Program-made: the position numbers and the translations under genes | Source: an uncultured Planctomycetia bacterium | Lineage (GTDB): Bacteria > Omnitrophota > Gorgyraeia > Gorgyraeales > Gorgyraeaceae | Length of the DNA: 48,572 nt | Assembly: GCA_964415355.1 (NCBI GenBank) | Contig: CAYPYS010000001.1 | Span: forward strand, 95,161-143,732 | Direction of reading: 5' to 3' | The notes under the pieces: generated by a model | Database searches by the model: none | What the model was told of the DNA's origin: nothing | Seen by the model: only the letters and a program-made list of their open reading frames with translations | In this document: positions 14,497-24,366 of the stretch, one piece after another | How positions within the stretch are numbered: position 1 is the first letter of the stretch | How the letters are laid out: each line of letters begins with the position of its first letter

Positions 14497-17400
14497 ATGA
14501 GTTTACCGCGATTCAGTGTCAATCAATCCATGTTCGTGAATTTGTGCTCGGTCATCATTATTATAATAGGGCTGATAGTGGTCCTGGGCATGAACAGGGA
14601 GATATTTCCCAATGTTGACTTCGAAATAGTGAGCGTCACCACCGCTTACCCCGGAGCCACTCCTCTTGACATCGAAAAACTCATCACTGTGCCTATTGAA
14701 AAGGAACTCAAGGAAGTCGACGGCCTCAAGGAAATAAAATCCTCTTCTGCCGCTGGTGTTTCTCTTTTAACAATAAAGATAGACCCTGACGAACATGACA
14801 AGAAAAAGGTCGTGAACGATATCAAAAGCGCCGTGGACAGGGTCAAAGACCTCCCTAAGGACATAACAGAAGACCCTGTTGTGACAGAGGTAACCAGCAA
14901 ACAATATCCGATAATCGAGGTATCTCTTTCTGGTAACATGTCCGAGAAAAAACTGCAAAGCTACGCCGATGCGCTCGAAGATACATTGGAAGACATAGCC
15001 GGCGTCGCAAAGGTAGATAAATCCGGATACCGTGACAGGGAAATACAGGTGCGCGTTGACCCTGAGAAGATGCATGATAGATATGTTTCGTTCGATGAGA
15101 TCGAGCAGGCTCTTGCCTCGCGCAATATAAGCATCCCGGCGGGCGAAATAAATACAGAGACCACAGAATATAACATAAGGACCACGGGTGAATTCTCAAC
15201 CGCCCAAGAGGTCGAGAATATAATAATCAGGGCCAATGACTCTGGCAACTGGCTCAGGATCAAAAATGTGGCAGAGGTAAAAGACTCCTTTAAAAAAGAA
15301 GACATAATCTATAAAACCCTCGGCACCCGTTCTATAAATCTCATAGTGATGAAAAAACAATCCGGCGATGCCATAAGCATTGTGGATGAGATCAAAGAAG
15401 TATGCGGCGCGTTCCAGAAACGCTCTTCCGACAAACTCGAGATATCGTACGTGAATGACTATTCATTCTTTGCGAGACGCAGGCTTAATGTATTAAAAAA
15501 CAATGGCTGGGCTAGTTTAATATTAATAACAATATCCATGCTCCTCTTTTTGCATTCCCGCGTAGCATTCGTGACGATCCTGGGGATACCCATCGCGTTC
15601 TTTGCGACATTTATGGTAATGAGTGCAATGGGCATCACTATAAATCTTATCAGCATGTTCGGCCTCATCATAGTGCTGGGGATGCTTGTGGACGACGGGA
15701 TCATTGTAGCTGAAAACGTGTACCGGTATATGGAACAAGGCATGCGTCCAAGGGAAGCTGCTGTAAAGGGCGCCGAAGAAGTCATGAGAGCTGTGACAAC
15801 GGCTGTGTTTACGACCATTGCCGCCTTCTCCCCTCTTTTATTTATGACCGGGATCATAGGAAAATTCATAAGAGACATCCCGACAGTACTGATCGTGGCG
15901 CTTCTCGCCTCTCTGGGCGAAGCCCTCATAATATTACCAAGTCACCTTGCTGACTTTGTAAAGATAAAATACGATGCGGCCGGAAAGCCCGTCAATATCT
16001 CGAAAGACATACCATGGTTTAAAAAACTTGTCAGATTCTATACAAAGATGGTCTCGTCTGCCATAAAAAGAAAATATAAAGTAGTGGCAGGCTTTACCCT
16101 TGCCCTTATCCTGTGTGCATTTTTTGCCTTTGGTGTAATAAAATTCATACTATTTCCAAGCGCTGGCATTAATTACTTTTTCATACGAGGCGAGGCAGCC
16201 ATAGGAACGCCTCTCCAGAAAACTAACGAGCTTATACTGCCTATTGAAGAGATAGTGGCTGAACTTCCGTCGCAAGAAATGGATTCATTCGTAACTTCCG
16301 TAGGAAGCATTCAAGAAGACCGCCATGACCCTTTTGCAGGGCAGGCAAGTCACTTAGTACAAACAACCGTCTACCTCACGCCGGAACAGGACAGGAAAAG
16401 AAGCGTGGAAAAAATCATAGAGGAGGTCAGAAAAAAAATAAAAGATGCGCATGGTTTTGCAGAGCTCAGATTTGACAAGCCTGAGACAGGCCCGCCTGTT
16501 GGAAAGGCTGTAGAGGCCAGGATCAGAGGCGAGGATTTTGAGACATTAGATGTAATCGCAAAAGAATATATGGATTATCTGAATACCGTAGAGGGCACGA
16601 TAGATGTAACATGGGACCATAAACCAGGCAAAGAAGAAATACGCATTAAAGTAGATAATGACAAAGCTACGCTGGCAGGCCTTAGCGTAGCGCAGATAGC
16701 AAAGACTGTGCGCGCGGTCTTTGAAGGAAATATCGCGACCAAGATAAAGCCTGTAAAGGCAGAGGAAGAAACCGACGTTACGATAATGTTCCCGGAAAAG
16801 GCATCAAAAGATATGACTGTCTTTAAAAACATACTTGTACGAAATTCTTACGGGAATCTGATACCTCTTGAAAAAGTAGCATCCATAGAAAAGGTGCCGG
16901 GCACCACGACCATACACCATCTTGACGGGAAACGCGTAGTGACTGCATCTGCCAACGTGGATACAGACAAGATAACATCGCTTAAGGCCAACAAAATGCT
17001 TGAGAAAAAATTCAAAGACATATCTGAACGCTATATGGGATACTCGGTAAAATACGGAGGCGAACAGGAAGAAACCGTTGATTCATTGATGAGCCTGTTA
17101 AAGGCCTTCTTCTATGCGTTTCTTATTATATACCTGATCCTATCCTCTGCCTTCAAATCCATCGTACAGCCTTTGATAATAATGCTCGCGATACCGTTCG
17201 GCCTCATTGGCGTGGTGTTTGCATTTCTCACGCACGGCATGCCCCTGTCGTTCATGGCCATTCTGGGCATAGTCGGCTTAAACGGTATCGTCGTCAATGA
17301 TTCGATCGTGCTTGTTGATTTTATAAATAAATTGCGCAGAGAAGGGATGTCTAGACCTGAATCAATAATAAAAGCCGGCCAGATGAGAATAAGGCCTGTT

Positions 17401-17610
17401 GTTCTGACTACTATAACTACTGTAGGAGGCTTATCAACTGTCGCCTATGGCATAGGCGGGAAAGACCCTTTCCTGGTGCCTATGGCCCTTTCGATCTGCT
17501 GGGGATTGATCTTCGCGACCGCGCTCACGCTAGTAGTCATCCCGTGTATATATTCTATCGTGGACGACCTCACAATGAAAATAACAAAACACTCCACCGT
17601 CAAAGTCTAA
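14497..17610 (+). CDS. RND family efflux transporter permease (AcrB/AcrD/AcrF type)
   Basis: 1037 aa with 12-TM RND topology and conserved VDDGIIVAEN and NGIVVNDSIVLVDF segments. TAA stop forms the first 3 nt of repeat R8. Confidence 0.9.
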   Translation: MSLPRFSVNQSMFVNLCSVIIIIIGLIVVLGMNREIFPNVDFEIVSVTTAYPGATPLDIEKLITVPIEKELKEVDGLKEIKSSSAAGVSLLTIKIDPDEHDKKKVVNDIKSAVDRVKDLPKDITEDPVVTEVTSKQYPIIEVSLSGNMSEKKLQSYADALEDTLEDIAGVAKVDKSGYRDREIQVRVDPEKMHDRYVSFDEIEQALASRNISIPAGEINTETTEYNIRTTGEFSTAQEVENIIIRANDSGNWLRIKNVAEVKDSFKKEDIIYKTLGTRSINLIVMKKQSGDAISIVDEIKEVCGAFQKRSSDKLEISYVNDYSFFARRRLNVLKNNGWASLILITISMLLFLHSRVAFVTILGIPIAFFATFMVMSAMGITINLISMFGLIIVLGMLVDDGIIVAENVYRYMEQGMRPREAAVKGAEEVMRAVTTAVFTTIAAFSPLLFMTGIIGKFIRDIPTVLIVALLASLGEALIILPSHLADFVKIKYDAAGKPVNISKDIPWFKKLVRFYTKMVSSAIKRKYKVVAGFTLALILCAFFAFGVIKFILFPSAGINYFFIRGEAAIGTPLQKTNELILPIEEIVAELPSQEMDSFVTSVGSIQEDRHDPFAGQASHLVQTTVYLTPEQDRKRSVEKIIEEVRKKIKDAHGFAELRFDKPETGPPVGKAVEARIRGEDFETLDVIAKEYMDYLNTVEGTIDVTWDHKPGKEEIRIKVDNDKATLAGLSVAQIAKTVRAVFEGNIATKIKPVKAEEETDVTIMFPEKASKDMTVFKNILVRNSYGNLIPLEKVASIEKVPGTTTIHHLDGKRVVTASANVDTDKITSLKANKMLEKKFKDISERYMGYSVKYGGEQEETVDSLMSLLKAFFYAFLIIYLILSSAFKSIVQPLIIMLAIPFGLIGVVFAFLTHGMPLSFMAILGIVGLNGIVVNDSIVLVDFINKLRREGMSRPESIIKAGQMRIRPVVLTTITTVGGLSTVAYGIGGKDPFLVPMALSICWGLIFATALTLVVIPCIYSIVDDLTMKITKHSTVKV

Positions 17611-17644
17611 CTTTACATTTCAACAACGTTAAAATGTAAACTTA
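17608..17644 (+). repeat. Palindromic intergenic repeat R8 (A), between convergent genes
   Basis: TAACTTTACATTTCAACAACGTTAAAATGTAAACTTA. The first 3 nt are the TAA stop of the plus-strand RND gene. Confidence 0.95.
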
Positions 17645-17654
17645 GGCGAAGAAT

Positions 17655-18062
17655 CTAAGTCAGATTTTCAGAGATTGTATTCAGGATGTTTTCTTCTACG
17701 AAGATGGGCGCCTTTGCGCGGACAGCCAGGGCGATGCTATCGCTGGGCCTTGCATCTATTTCTTCCAACTTGCTATCTATCTGCAGAACGAGCTTTGCAA
17801 AAAACGTATTCTGTTCTAATTTTGTAATAACTATTCTGTCTATTTTTGCTCCTAGCTGATTCACGGTAGAGCAAAACAAATCGTGCGTCATAGGCCTGGG
17901 CGGGGTCAAGCCGCTGACCTTCATCTTTATGGCGGTGACCTCCATTATGCCTATTACAATAGGCAGAATGCGCTTCCCGGCCTTTTCCTTGAGAAGGATT
18001 ACCTGCTCTCCCCTGTTCTCATCAATCCGGATTTTGTTTAATTCCATCTCTACAATAGCCAT
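17655..18062 (-). CDS. Bifunctional nuclease family protein (BFN/DUF151)
   Basis: LPIVIG..E..AI...PRPMTHDL...ARPSD.IALA pattern typical of DUF151. Confidence 0.8.
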   Translation of the reverse strand: MAIVEMELNKIRIDENRGEQVILLKEKAGKRILPIVIGIMEVTAIKMKVSGLTPPRPMTHDLFCSTVNQLGAKIDRIVITKLEQNTFFAKLVLQIDSKLEEIDARPSDSIALAVRAKAPIFVEENILNTISENLT

Positions 18063-18071
18063 ATCGACAAA

Positions 18072-18100
18072 AGATTAACATACCATTCTTTTCTTGTCAA
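18072..18100 (-). promoter_or_regulatory. sigma70-type promoter of the BFN nuclease gene
   Basis: TTGACA-N17-TAATCT. The -10 ends 9 nt before the ATG at 18062 and no SD is present. Confidence 0.65.
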
Positions 18101-18116
18101 CAACTTTGACCCTCCC

Positions 18117-18153
18117 TAACTTTACATTTCAACAACGTTAAAATGTAAAGTTA
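18117..18153 (+). repeat. Palindromic intergenic repeat R9 (A), between divergent promoters
   Basis: TAACTTTACATTTCAACAACGTTAAAATGTAAAGTTA, with flanks CCC/GGG extending the stem. Confidence 0.95.
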
Positions 18154-18157
18154 GGGG

Positions 18158-18186
18158 TTGCATATTGCAGCTCTGTATGGTATGCT
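18158..18186 (+). promoter_or_regulatory. sigma70-type promoter of the putative OMP gene
   Basis: TTGCAT-N17-TATGCT. The -10 ends 8 nt before the ATG at 18195. Confidence 0.55.
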
Positions 18187-18194
18187 TTGTGAAA

Positions 18195-18791
18195 ATGAAA
18201 ACTGCAATAAAGCTGATCCAAATTTTTATCGCTATCCAAATTATATCTGCAAGCCCTGTATGTGCCCTCGATATAACAGACAGAAACGAATACCTCTATG
18301 ATGTGCGGGGCGATGACGGGGATATCTACAGAAATCGCCTCTCGATACACGAAAAATTAGATGCTTATAATATAGACATATCTGGTTTTGGAGAAGCCCA
18401 GTGGAATTTTGACTTAAATGACTGGGAAAAGCTGATGTTAGGCGTGGAAGTCGAAAAAAAACTATTTAAATACATCTACATAGGTCAGTCTTTTCAGTTC
18501 ATATCAGGTCAGATACTGGACTATATGGTCTTTAATCCTGACTCCAGGTCTATAGATACGACCACGAAAATAATTTTCAAGTATCCACTGTTGAAATATC
18601 TGGATCTGAAGCTATTCGAAGAATATTCTGTAAATCTCGAGGAAGGAAAAGATGAGTGTAACGAAATAGGCGCTGAATTTATTTACAACCTAAAGGATTT
18701 TTGTTCTTTGGGGGTGGGATGGCGCCATACTGACAGGATTCACAGCTTCGACTCTGACTACATAACCTCATCCGTCAAATTACGCTTTTAA
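18195..18791 (+). CDS. Putative outer-membrane beta-barrel protein
   Basis: Signal peptide MKTAIKLIQIFIAIQIISASPVCA from the ATG at 18195. Alternating hydrophobic pattern and C-terminal ...SSVKLRF with terminal Phe. The start was chosen because a promoter ends 8 nt upstream. Confidence 0.5.
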   Translation: MKTAIKLIQIFIAIQIISASPVCALDITDRNEYLYDVRGDDGDIYRNRLSIHEKLDAYNIDISGFGEAQWNFDLNDWEKLMLGVEVEKKLFKYIYIGQSFQFISGQILDYMVFNPDSRSIDTTTKIIFKYPLLKYLDLKLFEEYSVNLEEGKDECNEIGAEFIYNLKDFCSLGVGWRHTDRIHSFDSDYITSSVKLRF

Positions 18792-19901
18792 TCCGGATAG
18801 ATACGCTTCGCAATTCCTCTTCGTCTCTGAAATATTATCTCCGCCAAATTTTTCCAACGCCGCGTTAGCTATGACAAAGGCACATATTGCCTCAGCCACG
18901 ACTCCAGCGCTCGGGACAGCACACACATCAGACCTTTCTGTAGCTGCCTTTTTGGCTTCTTTAGTCGATATGTCTATAGAGTTCAATCCCTTCATCAATG
19001 TGCTGATAGGCTTCATGTAGCCGCGCATGATTATATTCTCGCCGTTCGATACGCCGCCTTCTATGCCGCCTGCGTTATTGGTCTTTCTGTATATCCCCTT
19101 GGCCTTGGAATAAAATATCTCGTCGTGTACCTTTGACCCTATTTTTTTCGCTGCTTCGATGCCCTCTCCGATCTCAACTGCCTTCACTGCTGGTATGGAT
19201 ACGATAGCTGAAGCGAGCATTGCATCAAGCCTCCTATCGCTCTCTGCGTAACTCCCAAGACCTGGCGGTACGCCTTCTACAATCACCTCGAATATACCAC
19301 CCAGGGTGTCCTTTTTCTCTTTTGCACTATCTATCTCCTCTATAATAAGTTTCTCAGAAGCCTTATCTGCACAATTCAATTTAGATTTTGACAGATTCTT
19401 AAGCATCTCGTCGAAACTCAGGCTAGAAGTATGGGCCTCAACGCCGCCGATCATGACAACATGGCTAAGCATGCGCACTTTTAATTCTTTCAGAAAGATC
19501 TTACAGATCGCGCCGAGCGCAACCCTCATGGCTGTCTCTCTCGCAGAAGCCCTTTCAAGGACAGAGCGCGCTCCATCTAAGCCGTATTTCAAAATCCCTG
19601 CGAGATCAGCATGCCCAGGCCTGGGATTCTTGACCTCAGGCAATTTATCTATTGAGGAATCCTTGTTCTCTATGAGAATGGAAATAGGGCTCCCTATGGT
19701 CGCACCGCCCCTCAGGCCTGAAATTATACTGGCGCGGTCATCTTCTATATTCATTCTGTCGCCTCTGCCATAACCTTGCTGACGGCGTTTAAGTTCTTCA
19801 TTTATAAAGCCAATGTCAACCTTTAGCGCAGCTGGCACACCATCAAGAATACCAACCAATGCCTTGCCGTGAGATTCGCCTGCAGTCAAATATCTCAACA
19901 T
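18780..19901 (-). CDS. aroC: Chorismate synthase
   Basis: MLRYLTAGESHGKALVGILDGVPA and GRGDRMNIE/RPGHAD motifs. Confidence 0.9.
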   Translation of the reverse strand: MLRYLTAGESHGKALVGILDGVPAALKVDIGFINEELKRRQQGYGRGDRMNIEDDRASIISGLRGGATIGSPISILIENKDSSIDKLPEVKNPRPGHADLAGILKYGLDGARSVLERASARETAMRVALGAICKIFLKELKVRMLSHVVMIGGVEAHTSSLSFDEMLKNLSKSKLNCADKASEKLIIEEIDSAKEKKDTLGGIFEVIVEGVPPGLGSYAESDRRLDAMLASAIVSIPAVKAVEIGEGIEAAKKIGSKVHDEIFYSKAKGIYRKTNNAGGIEGGVSNGENIIMRGYMKPISTLMKGLNSIDISTKEAKKAATERSDVCAVPSAGVVAEAICAFVIANAALEKFGGDNISETKRNCEAYLSGLKA

Positions 19902-19917
19902 AATCTACCTCCAAAGC

Positions 19918-19954
19918 TAACTTTACATTTCAACAACGTTAAAGTGTAAAGTTA
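19918..19954 (+). repeat. Palindromic intergenic repeat R10 (A)
   Basis: Identical to R4. The pilD stop is 15 nt away. Confidence 0.95.
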
Positions 19955-19969
19955 AGAAAAATCTTTGTT

Positions 19970-20743
19970 TTATTGCCTGCCTATTATCCACCTCAATATA
20001 TCCTGACCCCAGATCATTGCAACGAAGCTGGCCATTGCAATATAGGGCCCATAAGGAATAATATCCTGTTTTTTCCTGAATTTCAAATAAATCCCAGCAG
20101 GGGAGCCGAAAAAAGGAGCGAGGAAGAAAATAAGCACTGCCATCTTCCAACCCAAAAAAGAGCCCAGCATGGCCATGAGTTTCACGTCTCCTCCGCCCAT
20201 GCTTTCCTTTTTAAACGCCATGCTTCCCAAAAATCCAGTCAGACACATCAGCGCCGCCCCTACAAGCGCTCCTAATAATGAATTTATAATTGACTCTTTC
20301 CATGTAAGTACAGAATGAAGTGACGGCACCAAAGCGCTGATAAGGATTCCAGAAAATAAACCGCCGAGGCTGAATCTGTCAGGTATAATTTGAAATTCGA
20401 GGTCGATAAAAGTTATTGCTGTTAAAATAGACGCCAGCAAGCTGTATATATAAAATCTGGCTGAAAATCCAAAATTCACAAACAGGACCAAAAAAGCCAG
20501 CGCGCTTATGAGTTCGACGATAAAATAACGCGGGGAAATCTTTTTTTTACAGGATCTACATTTGCCTCCAAGCAGCAAATAGCTCAAAAAAGGTATATTA
20601 TCGTACCACGCTATTGTCTTTTTGCAATGCACGCATCTCGAACGGGAAAAACCAATGGATTCACTGCGCGGTATCCTGTATATGCATACGTTCAAGAAAC
20701 TCCCTATCACTGCTCCGAAGATAAATATAAATAAATTCACCAT
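19970..20743 (-). CDS. pilD: Prepilin peptidase (A24 family)
   Basis: N-terminal zinc-binding CxxC...CxxC region, polytopic membrane domain, GGGDVKL active-site motif. Confidence 0.85.
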   Translation of the reverse strand: MVNLFIFIFGAVIGSFLNVCIYRIPRSESIGFSRSRCVHCKKTIAWYDNIPFLSYLLLGGKCRSCKKKISPRYFIVELISALAFLVLFVNFGFSARFYIYSLLASILTAITFIDLEFQIIPDRFSLGGLFSGILISALVPSLHSVLTWKESIINSLLGALVGAALMCLTGFLGSMAFKKESMGGGDVKLMAMLGSFLGWKMAVLIFFLAPFFGSPAGIYLKFRKKQDIIPYGPYIAMASFVAMIWGQDILRWIIGRQ

Positions 20744-20755
20744 ATCATCCCGCCT

Positions 20756-20792
20756 TAACTTTACACTTTAACGTTGTTGAAGTGTAAAGTTA
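20756..20792 (-). repeat. Palindromic intergenic repeat R11 (B)
   Basis: TAACTTTACACTTTAACGTTGTTGAAGTGTAAAGTTA. aroE reads into it ([10 protein letters not shown]). Confidence 0.95.
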
Positions 20793-21612
20793 GCGCTTCT
20801 CTCATTGTTTCAATTGGGGCTTTCTGGTCGGTCCAGAACTCAAAGGCATGGACGCCCTGATACAAAAACATACCCAGGCCGCCTACTGCGCGGCCTTTTG
20901 CCTTTTTCACCAATTCTGTTTTTCTGTTATATACCACATCGTAGACAAACAAATCTTTGTGGAGCAACTCCTTATCCACAGGAGAATCATCGCCTTCTTT
21001 CATGCCAACAGGACTGGCATTGATCAATAATTGACAATCGGCTACAATGCTCGAAATTTCTTTTTTAGTGATAAATTGTAATTTTTCTTTGGCAATAGCG
21101 AATTTTTCAAAATGCTCTTTTGCTGATTTTACTGCTTTATCACTGGCTTCGTAGATGTATATTTTTTTGGGGTGCGGCAAGTCTTCGCATATCAACGCAG
21201 CGACAATCGCCCTGCCAGCACCACCGCAAGCAACAAGAAAAACATTTTTACCTTTAGGATCAAAACCCAAATCCTCTTTTAATGACCTGCGAAAACCCAG
21301 GACATCTGTATTCAAACAAAAGAATTCGCTTCCTTCTCTTTTTACTGTATTAATAGCTCCCGATAGCTGGACATAAGGCAAAACTTCCTTCGATCTCTTA
21401 TTTAAAATCTCTTTTGCTCTTACTTTATGCGGAACTGTAATATTAAAGCCTTTGACATTTTTTCTATTAAGAATAAAATCCTCGAGCTCTTCTGGTTTGA
21501 CTGCAAATTTTTTATATTCGGCCTTTATGCCCAGCTTTTTGAATGCGGCGTTGTGCATTGCAGGCGACAAGCTGTGTTTTATTGGCCAGCCTATTACTCC
21601 GTATATATCCAT
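20761..21612 (-). CDS. aroE: Shikimate dehydrogenase
   Basis: GVIGWPIKHSLSPAMHNAAF and NITVPHK motifs. The last 10 codons ([10 protein letters not shown]) plus the stop are encoded by repeat R11. Confidence 0.85.
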   Translation of the reverse strand: MDIYGVIGWPIKHSLSPAMHNAAFKKLGIKAEYKKFAVKPEELEDFILNRKNVKGFNITVPHKVRAKEILNKRSKEVLPYVQLSGAINTVKREGSEFFCLNTDVLGFRRSLKEDLGFDPKGKNVFLVACGGAGRAIVAALICEDLPHPKKIYIYEASDKAVKSAKEHFEKFAIAKEKLQFITKKEISSIVADCQLLINASPVGMKEGDDSPVDKELLHKDLFVYDVVYNRKTELVKKAKGRAVGGLGMFLYQGVHAFEFWTDQKAPIETMREALTLHFNNVKV

Positions 21613-21665
21613 CCCTGCTCCGTATAAATCGCAGGGGAGCTCAAGGCTCCCCTGTATCTAAATCT

Positions 21666-21700
21666 TAAGTTTACTTTTAACATTGTTGAAAGTAAACTTA
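21666..21700 (-). repeat. Palindromic intergenic repeat R12 (B, 35-nt variant with paired 1-nt deletions)
   Basis: TAAGTTTACTTTTAACATTGTTGAAAGTAAACTTA. Both arms are shortened by 1 nt and the stem is preserved. Contains the leuA stop. Confidence 0.9.
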
Positions 21701-23245
21701 GAGGTCGAGTTCTTTCTGCTTAGGCTTTGTTTTTCGCGATCGCGCGAAAAAGAGCCTGTTGGTTGCATTCACGTATGCCTTTGCGCTGGCCTCGATTATA
21801 TCAGTGGAGGCCCCTCTCCCTGAAACTTCTTTGCCCTTGCCAGGTTTTATCCTGACAGTGACCTCGCCCAAGGCGTCCTTACCCCTCGTTATAGACTTTA
21901 AAGAATAATCCAGGAGCGTACACTTGAGGCCTGTTATTTTGTCAATAGCCTTGTAGCAGGCATCCACAGGCCCATCACCGGTGGAAGATTTTTTCAGCAT
22001 CTTCGCGCCTTTTTTCAACGCTACTGCAGCGCGCGGGATGACCTTGCTTCCGCTTACTATATTAAGGTCTTCCAACCTATATGTTTCCGGTATAGAAATA
22101 ATTTCGTCCTCGACTATAGTCAAAAGATCCTCGTCAAATATCTCCTTCTTTTTATCAGCGAGGCTCTTGAAGCGCTCAAATGCCTTCAAAAGATCCTTCT
22201 GGTTAAGCTCGAATCCCAGCTTCTTAAGCCTCTCGGAAAACGCGTGTTTACCTGAATGTTTTCCGAGCACAAGCCGCGTCTCTCCGAAGCCCACGTCCTC
22301 TGGTTTCATAATCTCGTAGGTAGTGCGCTTCTTCAATATGCCGTCTTGATGCACGCCTGCTTCGTGGCTGAATGCGTTGCGGCCCACTATCGCCTTGTTC
22401 GGCTGCACCACAATGCCTGTGAGCTTGCTCACCAGGCGGCTCGCCTTATAGAGTTCCTCTGTATTTATCGACGTGGAAGCCTCAAAGATATCCTTGCGCG
22501 TATCCAGCGCCATCACGATCTCTTCCAGGGACGCATTACCTGCCCTCTCGCCAATGCCGTTGACAGTACATTCGACCTGCTCAGCGCCGTTCTCAATGGC
22601 TGCGAGGGAATTACTCACGCCAAGTCCAAGGTCATTGTGGCAATGCACACTAAGTATAGCCTTGCTTGAATTAGGGACTTTGTTTTTTATTGTATTTATT
22701 AGTGAACCAAATTCAATAGGGATCGCGTAACCTACTGTGTCAGGGATGTTCACTGTTTTCGCGCCTGCGGATATCACTGCTTCGACCACGCGGCACAGAA
22801 AATCCTTTTCAGAGCGCGAGGCATCCTCTGGCGAAAACTCGACATCATCACAAAACTTGCGTGCATATTCCACAGCCCACACAGCCTGCCGCAATATCTC
22901 ACTCTCTGCCTTTTTCAGTTTATACTGCATGTGGATTTTAGATGTTGCCAAAAACACATGGATGCGCGGCTTCTTTGCCTTTTTGACAGCGCGGGCGCAC
23001 GTCTCTATATCCTGCTTTGTAGCCCTTGCAAGACCACAAACGCTCGGTCCCTTGACCTCAGAAGCGACTTTACTGACTGCGTTGAAATCACCCTTCGAGG
23101 CAATGGGAAAACCCGCCTCGATCACGTCAACGCCTAGCCTTGCCAGCTGTTTCGCAATGTCAATCTTTGCCTTTATGTCGAGGCTCGCGCCAGGTGACTG
23201 TTCGCCATCTCTCAGAGTTGTATCGAAAATAATAATTCTTTTCAT
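21698..23245 (-). CDS. leuA: 2-isopropylmalate synthase (LeuA/CimA family)
   Basis: [16 protein letters not shown] and HCHNDLGL motifs. Start moved to the ATG at 23245 ([15 protein letters not shown] upstream) because the track's MLKCKVKDV extension is translated repeat R13. Stop codon lies in R12. Confidence 0.85.
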   Translation of the reverse strand: MKRIIIFDTTLRDGEQSPGASLDIKAKIDIAKQLARLGVDVIEAGFPIASKGDFNAVSKVASEVKGPSVCGLARATKQDIETCARAVKKAKKPRIHVFLATSKIHMQYKLKKAESEILRQAVWAVEYARKFCDDVEFSPEDASRSEKDFLCRVVEAVISAGAKTVNIPDTVGYAIPIEFGSLINTIKNKVPNSSKAILSVHCHNDLGLGVSNSLAAIENGAEQVECTVNGIGERAGNASLEEIVMALDTRKDIFEASTSINTEELYKASRLVSKLTGIVVQPNKAIVGRNAFSHEAGVHQDGILKKRTTYEIMKPEDVGFGETRLVLGKHSGKHAFSERLKKLGFELNQKDLLKAFERFKSLADKKKEIFDEDLLTIVEDEIISIPETYRLEDLNIVSGSKVIPRAAVALKKGAKMLKKSSTGDGPVDACYKAIDKITGLKCTLLDYSLKSITRGKDALGEVTVRIKPGKGKEVSGRGASTDIIEASAKAYVNATNRLFFARSRKTKPKQKELDL

Positions 23246-23253
23246 AACATCCT

Positions 23254-23290
23254 TAACTTTACATTTCAACAACGTTAAAGTGTAAAGTTA
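23254..23290 (+). repeat. Palindromic intergenic repeat R13 (A)
   Basis: Identical to R4. Contains the ilvC stop. The leuA ATG is 8 nt from the other end. Confidence 0.95.
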
Positions 23291-24277
23291 CTTTATCCAG
23301 TCCATCATGCCTCTTAATTTTTTGCCGATTACCTCTATTGGATGACTGTCGTCTTTTTTTCTTAATTCATTGAATGCAGGGCGGCCTTTTTCATTTTCCT
23401 TTATCCATTCCTTTGCGAACGCGCCTGACTGCACCTCTTTTAAGATCTTCTGCATCTCCTTGCGAGTCGCATCAGTTATGACCCTTTTACCTCTTGTTAC
23501 ATCGCCGTACTCTGCTGTGTCGGATACGCGTTTTCTCATTCCCTGGATACCTGTCTTGTATATTAAATCCGTAATGAGTTTTAATTCATGCAGGCACTCG
23601 AAATATGCTATCTCTGGTTGATATCCAGCATTGACAAGCGTCTCGAATCCTGCCTTCACGAGCTCGGTGACTCCGCCGCAAAGCACTGTCTGTTCCCCAA
23701 AAAGATCTGTCTCGGTTTCTTCTTTAAAAGTCGTCTCTATGACACCTGCCCTTGTGCCGCCTATGCCTTTTGCATAAGCAAGTCCTATCTTAGCAGCATT
23801 ACCAGAGGCGTCTTGAAAAACTGCCAATAAACACGGTACACCCTTTTTCTCTTCATACATCTGTCTTACGAGAGCGCCTGGTCCTTTTGGCGCTACCATG
23901 AAGACATCCACATCTTTCGGAGGCACGATCTGTTTAAAATGTATATTGAAGCCATGTGAAAACACAAGTGACTTGCCTTTTTTTAGATTCGGCTCAATTG
24001 CCTGCTTATAAACCTTTGCCTGCACATGATCCTGCGTCAATATCTGAATGACATCCGCTTGCTTTGCAGCGTCACTCGCCGAAACAGGCGCGAAACCGTC
24101 TTTCTGTGCAGTTTTGTAATTCTCAGTACCTTCTAATTCGCTTGCAATCACGTCCAGCCCGCTGTCCCGCAGATTCAAAGCCTGGCCGCGACCCTGAATA
24201 CCATAACCTATAATCGCTATCTTCTTTCCTTTTAACACATTCAAATCAGCGTCTTTGTCATAATACATCTTTGTCAT
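23288..24277 (-). CDS. ilvC: Ketol-acid reductoisomerase
   Basis: [21 protein letters not shown] and the class I KARI core. Stop codon lies in R13. Confidence 0.95.
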   Translation of the reverse strand: MTKMYYDKDADLNVLKGKKIAIIGYGIQGRGQALNLRDSGLDVIASELEGTENYKTAQKDGFAPVSASDAAKQADVIQILTQDHVQAKVYKQAIEPNLKKGKSLVFSHGFNIHFKQIVPPKDVDVFMVAPKGPGALVRQMYEEKKGVPCLLAVFQDASGNAAKIGLAYAKGIGGTRAGVIETTFKEETETDLFGEQTVLCGGVTELVKAGFETLVNAGYQPEIAYFECLHELKLITDLIYKTGIQGMRKRVSDTAEYGDVTRGKRVITDATRKEMQKILKEVQSGAFAKEWIKENEKGRPAFNELRKKDDSHPIEVIGKKLRGMMDWIK

Positions 24278-24315
24278 TACTGTTTTCCTCCTTATTATCG
24301 ATTTCGTCGAAAGCC

Positions 24316-24352
24316 TAACTTTACACTTTAACGTTGTTGAAATGTAAAGTTA
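24316..24352 (-). repeat. Palindromic intergenic repeat R14 (B)
   Basis: TAACTTTACACTTTAACGTTGTTGAAATGTAAAGTTA, the exact reverse complement of R4. Confidence 0.95.
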
Positions 24353-24366
24353 AGGTGGTGGGGTTT

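Noticed and set aside
23246-23272. N-terminal extensions MLKCKVKDV (leuA) and MLKCKVRRIDK (DUF362 gene, 34367-34399) in the ORF track
   Set aside because: The extensions are encoded by repeats R13 and R23. Conserved protein N-termini and SD sequences support the downstream starts at 23245 and 34366.
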